From Myxococcota bacterium (lineage in GTDB: Bacteria; Myxococcota_A; UBA796; CAJQPC01): a stretch of DNA of 64,000 nt. The notes under the pieces were generated by a model, which worked only from the letters and a program-made list of their open reading frames with translations, ran no database searches and was not told the DNA's origin. The position numbers were made by a program, and so were the translations under genes. The DNA lies in assembly GCA_036012755.1 (NCBI GenBank), contig DASCPX010000070.1, positions 160,001-224,000 of the forward strand, given 5' to 3'. Positions 20,085 through 29,822 of the stretch are shown piece by piece. Positions within the stretch are counted from its first letter, which is position 1. Every line of letters starts with the position of its first letter.

Positions 20085-21299
20085 CTACTGCGAGGCCACC
20101 AGCGCCGGGTCTTCTACAGCCAGCAGCAGGTCGAGGCGCGCACGGGCGACGAAGCCCTCGAGCTGGACCACCGCAGCCTGGCCGCCCAGGATCTGGGCTT
20201 GGAGAAGGACGACCTGGATGAGGTCGATCTCACCGGCCACGTAGCCAGCCTCGACGCTCTCCAGGGCCGCCGCCGCCGCGGCGAGCGGGTCCAGGCCAAG
20301 CGCCGAGACCGTCTCCTGGCCGAGCTCGTCCCGCTGGCGGCTCGTCGCCACCTCGGTGCTGGCCACCGCCTCGGCCTCGACGACGTGCGCCTGGGCCGTG
20401 AGGAGCTCCCCCCGAGCGTCGGCCCGTCCGGCCTGGTTCCGGTTCCGGAGCGGCAGCTCCACCGCCAGCGACGGGCCCACCGTCGTGACCCCTCCATCGA
20501 TTTCCGCTCGCACCCCCACCACCAGCGGCGGAAGCGCCGCTGCCTGCTGGGCTGCGAGCTCGCGCTCTGCGGCCAACACCACCGCCTGCGCCGCTCGGAC
20601 ATCGCTGCGGTCCTCCTCCACGCCCTCGGACGGCGCGGGCACATCGATGTCCCGGGCCAGCATTCCGGCGTGGACCGGCATCGCGACCAGGGCGGAGAGT
20701 CGCTCCGCGGCAGCGGCCTCAAACGCACTAGCCTCCATGAGCCGGAGACCGGCTTCGGCCTGCGCCAGCCGCGCCAGGTTCACCTCGAGCTCAGAAGCCT
20801 CCCCTTCGGCTTCGAGCCGGGAGACGAGGTCCACGAGCCGGACGGCGAGTGCGAGGCCCTCGTCGGCCACCTCCGCGACCTCGATGGCGACGACGGCGTC
20901 GACGTAGGCCGTGCGCACGGCGTGGGCCAGCTCGAAGCGCGCCCGTCGGAGCTGGGCGTTCGCCGCCTCGACCCGGGCTGCGGCCGCCTGGCGTCGGCGC
21001 ATGCCTTCCCCCGTCAGGGACACGGGCCGGCTGAGCTGCAGCTCCGCAGGACCATCCACCAGCACGGAGCCCGACAACGTGGGGTTGGCGCCAAAGGCCT
21101 GGGCCATCTCGCCCTCCGCCTGCAGCAGGACCGCTTCCGCGGCCCTGAGCTCCGGGCTGGCCTCGAAGGCGGCCCGGACGGCCTCGTCCGGCGTCAGGGC
21201 CTGGCCTGCCCACCCCAGGAGGGGGCAGAGGAGGACGAGCACGAGGGTGAGGTGACGAAGCGTCTTGTGCATGGGGTATCTCGGCGTCGGCGAGGGCAT
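20085..21299 (-). CDS. TolC/CzcC-family outer membrane efflux protein
   Basis: Signal peptide, helical OEP repeats (AVELPLRNRNQAG, AGYVAGEIDLIQVVLLQ); last gene of the RND operon. Confidence 0.85.
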   Translation of the reverse strand: MPSPTPRYPMHKTLRHLTLVLVLLCPLLGWAGQALTPDEAVRAAFEASPELRAAEAVLLQAEGEMAQAFGANPTLSGSVLVDGPAELQLSRPVSLTGEGMRRRQAAAARVEAANAQLRRARFELAHAVRTAYVDAVVAIEVAEVADEGLALAVRLVDLVSRLEAEGEASELEVNLARLAQAEAGLRLMEASAFEAAAAERLSALVAMPVHAGMLARDIDVPAPSEGVEEDRSDVRAAQAVVLAAERELAAQQAAALPPLVVGVRAEIDGGVTTVGPSLAVELPLRNRNQAGRADARGELLTAQAHVVEAEAVASTEVATSRQRDELGQETVSALGLDPLAAAAAALESVEAGYVAGEIDLIQVVLLQAQILGGQAAVVQLEGFVARARLDLLLAVEDPALVASQ

Positions 21300-21802
21300 C
21301 AGCGCAGCCCTCGAAGGAACTCGCGGGCGCCTGGCTCCGCCCAGGGCCTGGCCCCTTGGACGCGGGCGTCGAGCCGTCCCTGGGACACCACCCAGGTGTC
21401 GGGCAGGGAGCTCACTCCCCACCGCGCCGCTGCAGCGCCGGAGGGGTCGCGCACCACGACGGCGGGGACCTTGCCTCCGAACCAGGCCTCGACGACGGGC
21501 CAGGGCTCGTCCGTCACCGCGAGCAGAGGCACACCCTGCTCCTCGGCTGCGTCGATCAGCTCGGGCAGCTCCTGCTGGCAGGGAGCGCACCAGGTCGCCC
21601 AGAAGTGGACCAGGTGCGTGCCAGCCGGGACCAGGACGGGCTCCTCGCCCCGGGCGAGCTCGATCGACGGGGCCGGCCCGTCGACCGGGGCCCAGTCGAA
21701 GGGCGGGGGTGGGGCCCGAACTCGCTCGATCGTCCACCAGATCCCCACCAGGACCGCCTGCACCCCCAGGAGCGCTGCGACGAGTCGCGCCGTCCGTCTC
21801 AC
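21299..21802 (-). CDS. TlpA-family thioredoxin-like disulfide reductase
   Basis: N-terminal TM, HFWATWCAPCQQELPEL, WGVSSLPDT; GTG overlaps the CzcA stop. Confidence 0.88.
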   Translation of the reverse strand: MRRTARLVAALLGVQAVLVGIWWTIERVRAPPPPFDWAPVDGPAPSIELARGEEPVLVPAGTHLVHFWATWCAPCQQELPELIDAAEEQGVPLLAVTDEPWPVVEAWFGGKVPAVVVRDPSGAAAARWGVSSLPDTWVVSQGRLDARVQGARPWAEPGAREFLRGLR

Positions 21803-24800
21803 CGGGACCTCGCGGTCAGGGTGTAGAGCACCGGGAGCACCAGCAGCGTCAGGGCGGTGGACGACAGCAGCCCTCCGATGACCACCGTGGCCAGGGGGCG
21901 CTGGACCTCCGCGCCGATGCCGGTGTTCAACGCCATCGGGACGAAGCCCAGCGCCGCCACCAGGCCGGTCATCAGCACAGGCCTCAAGCGCTCGACCGCG
22001 GCGCGCTCCACGGCCTCGCGCACCGGTACGCCGGCGTCCAGGTGGCGGCGGATCGTCGACACGAGCACCATGTCGGCCAGGACGGACACGCCGGCCAGGG
22101 CGACGAAGCCGATGGCCGCGGACACGCTGAAGGGCAGCTCCCGGAGCCACAGGGCGGCGACGCCTCCGACGGCGGCGAAGGGCACCCCGGTGAAGACGCG
22201 GAGCGCATCGACCACCCGGCCGTAGGTCGCGTAGAGGAGCAAGGCGATGAGCAGGAGCGCCAGGGGCACGACCACGAGGAGGCGCTCCCGGGCGCGCTCG
22301 TAGTGCTCGAACTGGCCCCCGTAGCGCACGAACCAGCCGGTTGGCAGCGTGACCTCGTCGCGGACCCGCTCCTGGACCTCGGCCACGAAGCCGCCGAGGT
22401 CCCGGTCGCGCACGTTGACCTGGACGACCAGGCGGCGGCGCCCCCACTCCCGCTGGATGGACGCGGGGCCCTCGGTCCGCGTGACCTCGGTCAGCAAGCC
22501 CAAGGGGAGGCGCGTGCCCTCCGAGCCGGTCACCAACAGCCGCTCCACCTGGTCGGTGTGCTGCCTCGCCTCCTCCTCCAGCCGCAGCGCGATCGGGAAG
22601 CGGCGCTCTCCCTCGAAGAGCTCCCCCACCTCGACGCCGCCGAAGGCCTCCAGCGCGAGCAGCACCGAGCTCGGTGACACGCCGTGACGGCCGAGAGTCT
22701 CGCGATCCAGCGCTGCGCGAAGGACGGGGAGTCCGGTGGTCTGCTCGACGCTGAGGTCCGCCGCGCCGTCGATCCCGCTCACCACCTGCTCGATCTGCAG
22801 CGCGATCTCGCGCATGCGCGTCAGGTCGTCGCCGAACACCTTGATGCCCAGGTCCGAACGGACGCCGGCGACCATCTCGTTCACCCGCATCTCGATGGGC
22901 TGGGTGAAGACCATGTTCATGCCCGGCAGCCCGGCCAGCTCCTCCTGCATCGCCGCGACCAGCTCGGACTGCTCGTCCGCCCGGGTCCACTGGTCGCGAG
23001 GTGTGAGCGTGATGAAGACGTCCGAGAGCTCGATGCCCATCGGATCGGTCGCCACCTCGGCGCTCCCGGTTCGCGTCCAGACGGCTTCGATCTCGTCGGG
23101 GAAGGCCTGGAGCAGGACCTCTTCGATCTCGGTCCCGTAGCGCACCGACTCGTCCAGCGAGACGCTGGCCAGGCGGACGGTGTTCACCACGACGGCGCCC
23201 TCGGACAGCCGCGGCACGAACTCGGTGCCCAGGCGGGTGGACAGCCACGCTGCGTTGAGCACCAGCAGCAGCGCCATCGCCAGGACCAGGCCCGGGTTGT
23301 CGAGAGCGCGCAGCAAGGCCGGGCGGTAGAGCCGCTGCGCCAGGCGCACCGCCAAGGACTCCCGGTCTGCGCCACGCGCCCGAACCGCCAGGCTCGTCAG
23401 CACCGGCACGAGGGTGAGTGACGCGAACATCGAGCCCATCAGCGCGAAGACGACCGTCAAGGCCATCGGGCGGAAGAGCTGGCCCTCGACGCCCTCCAGC
23501 GCCAGGACGGGCAGGTAGACCACCAGGATGATGAGCTCGCCGAAGAGCGTGGGCTTTCGGACCTCCAGGGCCGCGTCGCCGACCACCTGCACGGGGTCCT
23601 CGTCCGGGCGCTCGGCCAGGCGCCGCACAGCGTTCTCCACCTGGACGATGGAGCTGTCCACGACCAGGCCGAAGTCGATGGCGCCCAGGCTCATCAGGCT
23701 GCCTGCGATGCCCAGTCGCTCCATCAGAGTCCCGGCGAAGAGCATGGACACCGGGATGACCAGCGCGACGACGAAGCCCGCCCGCCAGTTGCCCAGGAAG
23801 ACGAAGAGGACCGCGATGACGAGCAGGGCGCCCTCGAAGAGGTTCGTGCGTACGGTGTGCAGGACCTGGTCGACCAGCCAGGTGCGCTCGTAGATCGGCT
23901 CGGCCGTCATCCCGGGGGGGAGGGATTCGGCCGCCTCCGCCAGCCGCACCTCCAGCCGCTCGGTGACGTGGGCGCTGTTCTCGCCCATCAACATGAACCC
24001 GAGGCCGAGGACGACCTCGCCCTGCCCATGGGCCGTCACGGCGCCGCGACGGAGCTGGCGTCCGTCGGTGACCTCGGCCACGTCGCGCACGCGGACGGGC
24101 ACGCCTTGGTGGCTTGCAAGCACGACCTCGCCCAGGTCGTCGAGCCGCTCGAAGCGCCCTGCTCCCTGGATCAGCGTGGTCTCGCCTGCGTCGTCGATGT
24201 TGCCGCCGCCGACGTTGCGGTTGTCCTGCTGCAGGGCGTGGAGCACCTCGTCCAAGGTGAGCTGGTGGCGGATCAGCGCCTCGGGCGACACCAGCACCTC
24301 GACGCGGCGCTCGTCCCCGCCCCAGGTGTTCACTTCGGCCACCCCTGGGACGGATCGCAGCTGAGGGGCAAGCACCCACTCCTGGGCTGTCCGCAGCTCC
24401 GAGACGGTGTAGTCCTCGCCGCGCACGAGGTAGTGGAAGACCTCCCCCAGACCGGTCGCCACGGGCCCGAGGGCTGGCGGGTCGACGCCCTCGGGCAGGG
24501 CGACGGTGCCGAGACGCTCCGCGACCACCTGGCGGGAGCGCCAGATGTCGGCGTCCTCGTCGAAGACCAGGGTGACCTGCGAGAGCCCGAAGCGGGACAG
24601 CGAACGCACCTCAGTCAGCTCCGGCAGCCCAGACAGGGCCTGCTCGACCGGCCACGTGATCTGGCGCTCGATCTCCTCTGGGGACAGAGCGGGCGCGGTG
24701 GTGTTGACCTGCACCTGCACCGGGGTCGTGTCGGGGAAGGCGTCCAGCGGCAGGCGCAGGAGCGCGATGACGCCGGCCAGACCCACCAGGGCCCAGGCCG

Positions 24801-24855
24801 CGAGCACGACGCCGCGGTGTCGCAGCGACCAGCGGATGACTCGATCGAAGAGCAT
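21799..24855 (-). CDS. czcA: CusA/CzcA-family heavy-metal RND efflux transporter
   Basis: LPLDAFPDTTPVQVQVNT, MSLGAIDFGLVVDSSI, RLRPVLMT, GAEVQRPLATVVIGG. Confidence 0.93.
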   Translation of the reverse strand: MLFDRVIRWSLRHRGVVLAAWALVGLAGVIALLRLPLDAFPDTTPVQVQVNTTAPALSPEEIERQITWPVEQALSGLPELTEVRSLSRFGLSQVTLVFDEDADIWRSRQVVAERLGTVALPEGVDPPALGPVATGLGEVFHYLVRGEDYTVSELRTAQEWVLAPQLRSVPGVAEVNTWGGDERRVEVLVSPEALIRHQLTLDEVLHALQQDNRNVGGGNIDDAGETTLIQGAGRFERLDDLGEVVLASHQGVPVRVRDVAEVTDGRQLRRGAVTAHGQGEVVLGLGFMLMGENSAHVTERLEVRLAEAAESLPPGMTAEPIYERTWLVDQVLHTVRTNLFEGALLVIAVLFVFLGNWRAGFVVALVIPVSMLFAGTLMERLGIAGSLMSLGAIDFGLVVDSSIVQVENAVRRLAERPDEDPVQVVGDAALEVRKPTLFGELIILVVYLPVLALEGVEGQLFRPMALTVVFALMGSMFASLTLVPVLTSLAVRARGADRESLAVRLAQRLYRPALLRALDNPGLVLAMALLLVLNAAWLSTRLGTEFVPRLSEGAVVVNTVRLASVSLDESVRYGTEIEEVLLQAFPDEIEAVWTRTGSAEVATDPMGIELSDVFITLTPRDQWTRADEQSELVAAMQEELAGLPGMNMVFTQPIEMRVNEMVAGVRSDLGIKVFGDDLTRMREIALQIEQVVSGIDGAADLSVEQTTGLPVLRAALDRETLGRHGVSPSSVLLALEAFGGVEVGELFEGERRFPIALRLEEEARQHTDQVERLLVTGSEGTRLPLGLLTEVTRTEGPASIQREWGRRRLVVQVNVRDRDLGGFVAEVQERVRDEVTLPTGWFVRYGGQFEHYERARERLLVVVPLALLLIALLLYATYGRVVDALRVFTGVPFAAVGGVAALWLRELPFSVSAAIGFVALAGVSVLADMVLVSTIRRHLDAGVPVREAVERAAVERLRPVLMTGLVAALGFVPMALNTGIGAEVQRPLATVVIGGLLSSTALTLLVLPVLYTLTARSR

Positions 24856-24857
24856 GC

Positions 24858-26204
24858 CTACTCCACGTCGCAGCAGCCGGCGCCGATGCTGTCCTTGAGG
24901 GTCTCGGTCTTCAGCAGGAAGCTGCCCGTGGTGACGACGAGGTCGCCGACGTGTACCCCCCCGGCGATGCGCACGCGCCCACCCTCGCGGGCCAGCACGC
25001 GCACCCGTCGTGCGACGTAGACACCCTGCTCTTGCCGGACGAAGACCAGGTTGACCTCGCCGACGCGCTGCACCGCTGCCGAGGGCACGACGACGGCCCG
25101 AAGCGCGGTCTCGGCCAGCACCGTCGCCTGGCCGTACAGGTTCTCGCGCAGCAGCCCGTCGGGGTTGTCCAGGCCGACGCGGGCCCACACCGTGCGCGTC
25201 GCCGGGTCCACGGCGGGTGAGAGCATGTCGACGCTGCCGGTGAACTCGAGCTCCGGAAAGGCGTCGACGCGGACCCGGACCTCCTGGCCGAGGAGCACCT
25301 GCGGAAGCTGTCGCTCGGGCACGTCGATCTCAGCCCAGACCCGACTGGGGTCGACGAGCTCGAAGAGCGTCTGCTCGGCGGCGAGGGTCGCCCCCAGGCC
25401 GACGTGCCGGGCGACGACCAGCCCGTCGACTGGCGATGTGAGGACCAGTCGGTCGCCCTCGCCGGCCCCGGCCAGGCCCAGGCGGGCCTTGAGCGCGGTG
25501 ACCTCGCGCTCCGCCTCGGCCAACTCCTGCTGAGCATCCAGCAGGGACCGCTCCGAGCCCACCCCCGCCTCGAGCAGCCGGGCCAATCGCTCCACCGCAT
25601 CGGCCTTCACGTCCCGGACCTCACGCGCTGCGAAGAGTCCGGAGCGATGCTCCGCCACGTCGGCGCTCCGCAGCTCGGCCAGGATCTGCCCCGCGGTGAC
25701 GAGTTCGCCTTCCTCGGCCCCAACGCGAGCTACGACGCCTGCGTACCGGGCGCTCACGACAGCCGACCTGGTCGTGTCCCATCGGATGCGGGCGACCGCC
25801 TCGATGCCCTCGACCCAGTCGTGCGCTTCGGCCTCGACGGTCTCGAGGCCGGCCTGCTCCTCGACCTCGGGGCCGCGGAAGCGCACCAGGGTGCCGTCTG
25901 GCGGGGCGCCGTCGGTGCCGGTCGGCTGGACGGGTGGCCGCCCGCGCTCCTCGGGAGCACAGATCGGGCAGAAGGACTCGGGGAAGGCGTGCTCCTCGCA
26001 CCAGTCCCCCTTGGCCTGGAACACCGCGACGAGGCGTGGGTTGCACTTGGGGCAGACGGACTCCAGCACCCCGTGCTCGGCGCACAGTTCGGGATCGGCC
26101 GTGGCCGCAGCGGCGATCGTCCCCTCCTCCTCGACGGAGGGGGCGTCGCAAGCAGCCAGCAGCCCGATCCCCAGGAGGAGAACCCCCTGGAGACGGGTCG
26201 GCAT
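24858..26204 (-). CDS. RND periplasmic adaptor (CzcB-like) with N-terminal Cys/His repeat and C-terminal GAGCCD
   Basis: Lipobox LLAAC; membrane-fusion motifs SPVDGLVV, VDPATRTV; CAEHGVLESVCPKCNP and WCEEHAFPESFCPICAP. Confidence 0.9.
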   Translation of the reverse strand: MPTRLQGVLLLGIGLLAACDAPSVEEEGTIAAAATADPELCAEHGVLESVCPKCNPRLVAVFQAKGDWCEEHAFPESFCPICAPEERGRPPVQPTGTDGAPPDGTLVRFRGPEVEEQAGLETVEAEAHDWVEGIEAVARIRWDTTRSAVVSARYAGVVARVGAEEGELVTAGQILAELRSADVAEHRSGLFAAREVRDVKADAVERLARLLEAGVGSERSLLDAQQELAEAEREVTALKARLGLAGAGEGDRLVLTSPVDGLVVARHVGLGATLAAEQTLFELVDPSRVWAEIDVPERQLPQVLLGQEVRVRVDAFPELEFTGSVDMLSPAVDPATRTVWARVGLDNPDGLLRENLYGQATVLAETALRAVVVPSAAVQRVGEVNLVFVRQEQGVYVARRVRVLAREGGRVRIAGGVHVGDLVVTTGSFLLKTETLKDSIGAGCCDVE

Positions 26205-26205
26205 G

Positions 26206-26514
26206 TCAGCTCCCCTCGGGGGGGCGCTCGATCTTCAGCTCCGGGTTGCACTGCAGGCACTGCGACTCGGGCAGGCTGTGCTCGGCGCACCAGTCCCCGG
26301 TCGCCTGGAAGGCGGGGACGAGGGAGGCGTCGCAGCGGGTGCACTGCGACTCGGGCACGGCGTGCTCGGGGCACCAGTCCGAGTGCGAACCGGGCACGGT
26401 GGCGTCACCGTGGGCCTCGGCGGAGGGAGGGGTGGCGGGGGTCTCGGTGGCAGGGGTGTCCCCGCCGCAGGCCACGATGGCCAACAACATCAGGGTGATC
26501 ATCTGGATCTCCAT
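26206..26514 (-). CDS. Small lipoprotein made of two WCxEHxxPESxCxxC repeats (putative metal-binding)
   Basis: LLAIVAC lipobox; WCPEHAVPESQCTRCD and WCAEHSLPESQCLQCNP. Confidence 0.8.
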   Translation of the reverse strand: MEIQMITLMLLAIVACGGDTPATETPATPPSAEAHGDATVPGSHSDWCPEHAVPESQCTRCDASLVPAFQATGDWCAEHSLPESQCLQCNPELKIERPPEGS

Positions 26515-26560
26515 GCAGGTTGGGGTCGCTCCGCGAGGGAGCGGGGAGGATGCAGGGAGT

Positions 26561-26890
26561 TCAGGCGATAGGCGGCGGCGTCGGGGGTGGCCCGGTGGCC
26601 CGGGTTCGGTGCCTCGGCGGAACGGGGAGCGCGGTGAGCTCGCTGACCACCGTGACTCGGCGCTGGAGCGGGGCGCCCGCGACCGGGAGCACCATCGTGC
26701 CGTTGCTACAGCAGCGGCCCAGGTCGGTGTCGCAGCAGTCCGTGACTTCGGTCTCGCCGGGCTTGTCGGCCTTGGATGGACAGCAGTCCAGCGAAGCGCT
26801 CGCGCTCGGACCGTCGGGGTGTGCGGTCTCGATGCCCACTCCCGCCGTCAGCAGGAGCGCGAGCAGCGACAGCAGCAGCGTACGAAGCAC
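26561..26890 (-). CDS. Small Cys-rich secreted protein (CzcI-like operon leader)
   Basis: GTG start, signal peptide, DCC..DCC..RCC, C-terminal GPPPTPPPIA; first gene of the operon. Confidence 0.65.
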   Translation of the reverse strand: MLRTLLLSLLALLLTAGVGIETAHPDGPSASASLDCCPSKADKPGETEVTDCCDTDLGRCCSNGTMVLPVAGAPLQRRVTVVSELTALPVPPRHRTRATGPPPTPPPIA

Positions 26891-26911
26891 CGCGGGCAGT
26901 CTATCCCGACT

Positions 26912-27082
26912 CCTCTCGAGCACCAACTCCGGGGGGCCGTCGGCCTCGATCTCTTCCCGGAGAACTCGCGCCCGGGCGATGTCGAACAGCTGGCGTGGGA
27001 TTACGTCGACGAGCTGCACGGTGCTGCCAACCGGCTGCTGGACCCCGTCCTCGCTGGTCTCCGTTCCACGGGCAGGCAGTGG
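26912..27082 (+). pseudogene. Possible collapsed remnant of an AbiEii-like gene
   Basis: LEHQLRGAVGLDL, ENSR and LAWDYVDELHGAANRLLDPVLAG echo the start (LEQRLRSRAAGDGLEL), middle (PNSR) and end (LRWATLSQLMDAVSRFLDPVLAG) of 27711..28664. Confidence 0.45.
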
Positions 27083-27085
27083 CTC

Positions 27086-27121
27086 TTGCACAAAACCAAA
27101 GCGTGACTTAAGTTTTGTGCA
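27086..27121 (+). promoter_or_regulatory. Sigma70-like promoter overlapped by an inverted-repeat operator (abiE)
   Basis: TTGCAC-17 bp-TAAGTT, then ATG 6 nt later; TGCACAAAAC (27087-96) / GTTTTGTGCA (27112-21) is a perfect 10-bp inverted repeat. Confidence 0.75.
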
Positions 27122-27710
27122 TGTCAGAGACCCGTTCCGGCACGCGGGCCAGCCCCGATTGGGATGCGCTTCAGGACCTCGCCGTGGCCCAGGCCGGGTA
27201 CTTCACGACCGCACAGGCGGCGGAGCTGGGCTTCTCGCCGGAGCTCCTGCACTACCACTGCAGACGGGGGCGAATCCTCCGTGCGCGGCGTGGCGTCTAC
27301 CGGATTCGTCACCTCCCCGCGCAGGATGACGAACAGCTCGTCGAGCTCTGGCTCTGGTCTGATCGCCGGGGAGTGTTCAGCCATGAGACCGCGCTGGCGC
27401 TCTACGACCTGTCGGACGTCCTCCCGGCCCGGGTCCACATGACGGTGCCCGCGGGGTGGAGGAGGCGCCGACTCCGCGTGCCCGAGGTGCTTCGGCTCCA
27501 CTTCGCCGACCTGGCGGACGGAGAGCACCAGTGGGTGGGTCACGTACCCGTCACCGCGCCTGGGCGCACGCTTCGCGACTGCGTGGCCATCTCCCTACAG
27601 CCCGACCTGCTCCGCCAGGCGCTGGAGACAGGGCTCGCCAGAGGGCGCTTCGCCGATGGGGAGGTCCTGGGTGTTCGGTCCTACGTCGAGCACTTTGGTG
27701 AGGCGCGCTG
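27121..27710 (+). CDS. abiEi: Type IV TA antitoxin, AbiEi family
   Basis: QAGYFTTAQA, RRGVYR, SHETALALYDLSD, VTAPGRTLRD. Confidence 0.88.
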
Positions 27711-28664
27711 ATGGCACGGACCTATGCCACCCCAGGTGCCTTCAAGGCGGCACTGGAGCAGCGCCTGCGCAGCCGCGCGGCTGGAGACGGGCTGGAGCTC
27801 CAGCGCCTTCGGCAGCTGCTCGTCTTCGATCGCTTCATGGCTCGCGTGGTGATGGAGTTCGAACAGGCCGTCGTGCTCAAGGGGGGTCTGGTGCTCGAGC
27901 TACGCCTTCAACGCGCTCGGACGACGAAGGACATCGACCTCCGTCTGCGGGGTGACCCCGACGAGGCCCTCAGCCGACTGCAGCGAGCAGGTCGCCGGTC
28001 GCTGGGCGACTACTTCGCATTCACGATCGTCCCAGATCCGCGCCACTCCACGATCGAGGCGGAAGGCATGAGCTACGAGGGGCTACGCTTCCGCGCCCAG
28101 TGTCGCCTCGCAGACAAGGAATATGGCAGGCCCTTCGGCGTCGATATCGCCATCGCGGAGCCCCTCGTCGCGACCCCGGACGTCATCGTGGGCGAACCAT
28201 GGCTGGAGTTCGCCGGCGTCGGGCCGGTGACGATGCAGGTGTACCCGCTCGAGGCCCACATCGCCGAGAAGGTCCATGCCTTGACGTTGCCACGTAGCCG
28301 CCCGAACTCGAGGGTGAAGGACCTCCCCGACATCGCCTTGCTGGCCACGATCCGCCCGATCGACGCCGAGTCCCTGCGCGCAGCCATCACGGCGACCTGG
28401 GAGCACCGGGGGACCCATCCGCTGCCGGCGATGGTGCCCGATGCGCCCCAGGCGTGGGAGCCGGTCTACCGGGAGATGGCGCGCGCCAGCGACCTGCGCT
28501 GGGCGACGCTGTCCCAGCTGATGGATGCGGTCAGCCGCTTTCTCGACCCCGTGCTCGCTGGAGCAGGCGGCGGGTGGGAGCCCGACGAATGGGCCTGGAT
28601 GGGGACCCCGGGCGAATCGAATAGCGAACAGCGGAAGGCGACGACCAGGAGCGCGCCTCAGTAG
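27711..28664 (+). CDS. abiEii: Type IV TA toxin, AbiEii/AbiGii nucleotidyltransferase
   Basis: VLKGGLVLELR...ARTTKDIDL, HIAEKVHA, SRVKDLPDI. Confidence 0.9.
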   Translation: MARTYATPGAFKAALEQRLRSRAAGDGLELQRLRQLLVFDRFMARVVMEFEQAVVLKGGLVLELRLQRARTTKDIDLRLRGDPDEALSRLQRAGRRSLGDYFAFTIVPDPRHSTIEAEGMSYEGLRFRAQCRLADKEYGRPFGVDIAIAEPLVATPDVIVGEPWLEFAGVGPVTMQVYPLEAHIAEKVHALTLPRSRPNSRVKDLPDIALLATIRPIDAESLRAAITATWEHRGTHPLPAMVPDAPQAWEPVYREMARASDLRWATLSQLMDAVSRFLDPVLAGAGGGWEPDEWAWMGTPGESNSEQRKATTRSAPQ

Positions 28665-28786
28665 CGCGTAGTCACCAACCGAAGCCTTCGACCGTCCGAA
28701 GCCAACCATGTGTACACGCTGGGGAGCCCCTGGGACGGCGTGGGAAGGCATGGGACGAGCCGAGACGACAGAGTATGAGGACCCTC

Positions 28787-29692
28787 ATGCGCTACGAGCC
28801 GCCTCTTTTCCGGCCTCCATCCGAAGCTTCCAGCCTCATCCTCCAGGCCACGCTGGGCTGCAGCTGGAACAACTGCACCTACTGCGACATGTATCGCCAG
28901 AAGCACTTCCGAATCCGGCCGGTCGAGGAATGCCTCGATGAGCTGAACGATGCTGCGCGCCGGGGCGGTCCGCAGGTCCGCAAGCTCTTCGTCGCGGACG
29001 GGGATGCTCTGGTCATGCCGCTGGAGTGCTGGGAGCCCATCTTGCGGTCCGCAGCCTCGGGCTTCCCCCGACTGAAGCAGGTCAGCTGCTACGCCATGGC
29101 GAGCAACGTGCTCGAAAAGAGCCCGAAGGACCTTCGTCGCCTCCGCGATCTGGGCTTGTCGCTGCTCTACATGGGCCCTGAGAGCGGGGACGAGACCGTG
29201 ATGAGGCGCCTTGCCAAGCAACCCCGCCCACCCGGAGCGCCGCGTGAGGTGGACTACCTGTACGACGCCCACGTCGAGGCCGCCCGCAAGGCCCACGAGG
29301 CCGGCATGAAGGTCTCCGCCATCTTCCTGCTCGGGGCGGGGGGCGTCGAGCGGAGTCGTGAGCACGCCCTCGGATCGGCCCGGCTCGCGACCGCGATGGA
29401 CCCCGAGTACCTCGCGGCGTTGACGCTCACGGTGGTCCCTGGCACGCCCCTGGCGACGACCCGGCACCGCCTCGCCTGGGAGCTTCCCGACATCTACGGC
29501 TTGCTCGAGGAACTCAGGATCTTCGTGAGCAATGCCCGTCCCTCGGACGCTTTGTTCCGGACCAATCACGCCAGCAACTACCTGCCGATCGGTGGGCGAC
29601 TCCCGCAGGACGGCCCGCGCATCGCCCAGGTCATCGACATGGCTCTGGCGGGCGAGATCCCCTTGCGGCCGGAGGAGGAGCGCGGCCTTTGA
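28787..29692 (+). CDS. Radical SAM protein
   Basis: RPPSEASSLILQATLGCSWNNCTYC (CxxxCxxC), FVADGDAL, GPESGD, FRTNHASNYL. Confidence 0.92.
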   Translation: MRYEPPLFRPPSEASSLILQATLGCSWNNCTYCDMYRQKHFRIRPVEECLDELNDAARRGGPQVRKLFVADGDALVMPLECWEPILRSAASGFPRLKQVSCYAMASNVLEKSPKDLRRLRDLGLSLLYMGPESGDETVMRRLAKQPRPPGAPREVDYLYDAHVEAARKAHEAGMKVSAIFLLGAGGVERSREHALGSARLATAMDPEYLAALTLTVVPGTPLATTRHRLAWELPDIYGLLEELRIFVSNARPSDALFRTNHASNYLPIGGRLPQDGPRIAQVIDMALAGEIPLRPEEERGL

Positions 29693-29822
29693 GCGGCGGT
29701 GCGGTCGCCACGACATCCTCTCCAAAGGACCGGATCCAGGGCTACCTCAACCATCGACCCCACCCGAAACCGCATCCTCAGCCGCCCGTCGTCGAGCTCG
29801 TCGAGGGCCCGCACGCAAGCCG

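Larger units (their letters stand above)
20033..28745. mobile_element. Genomic island (metal efflux + AbiE TA) between duplicated radical SAM 5' ends; no integrase visible
   Basis: Bounded by the direct repeats; cargo is typical of islands. Confidence 0.7.
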
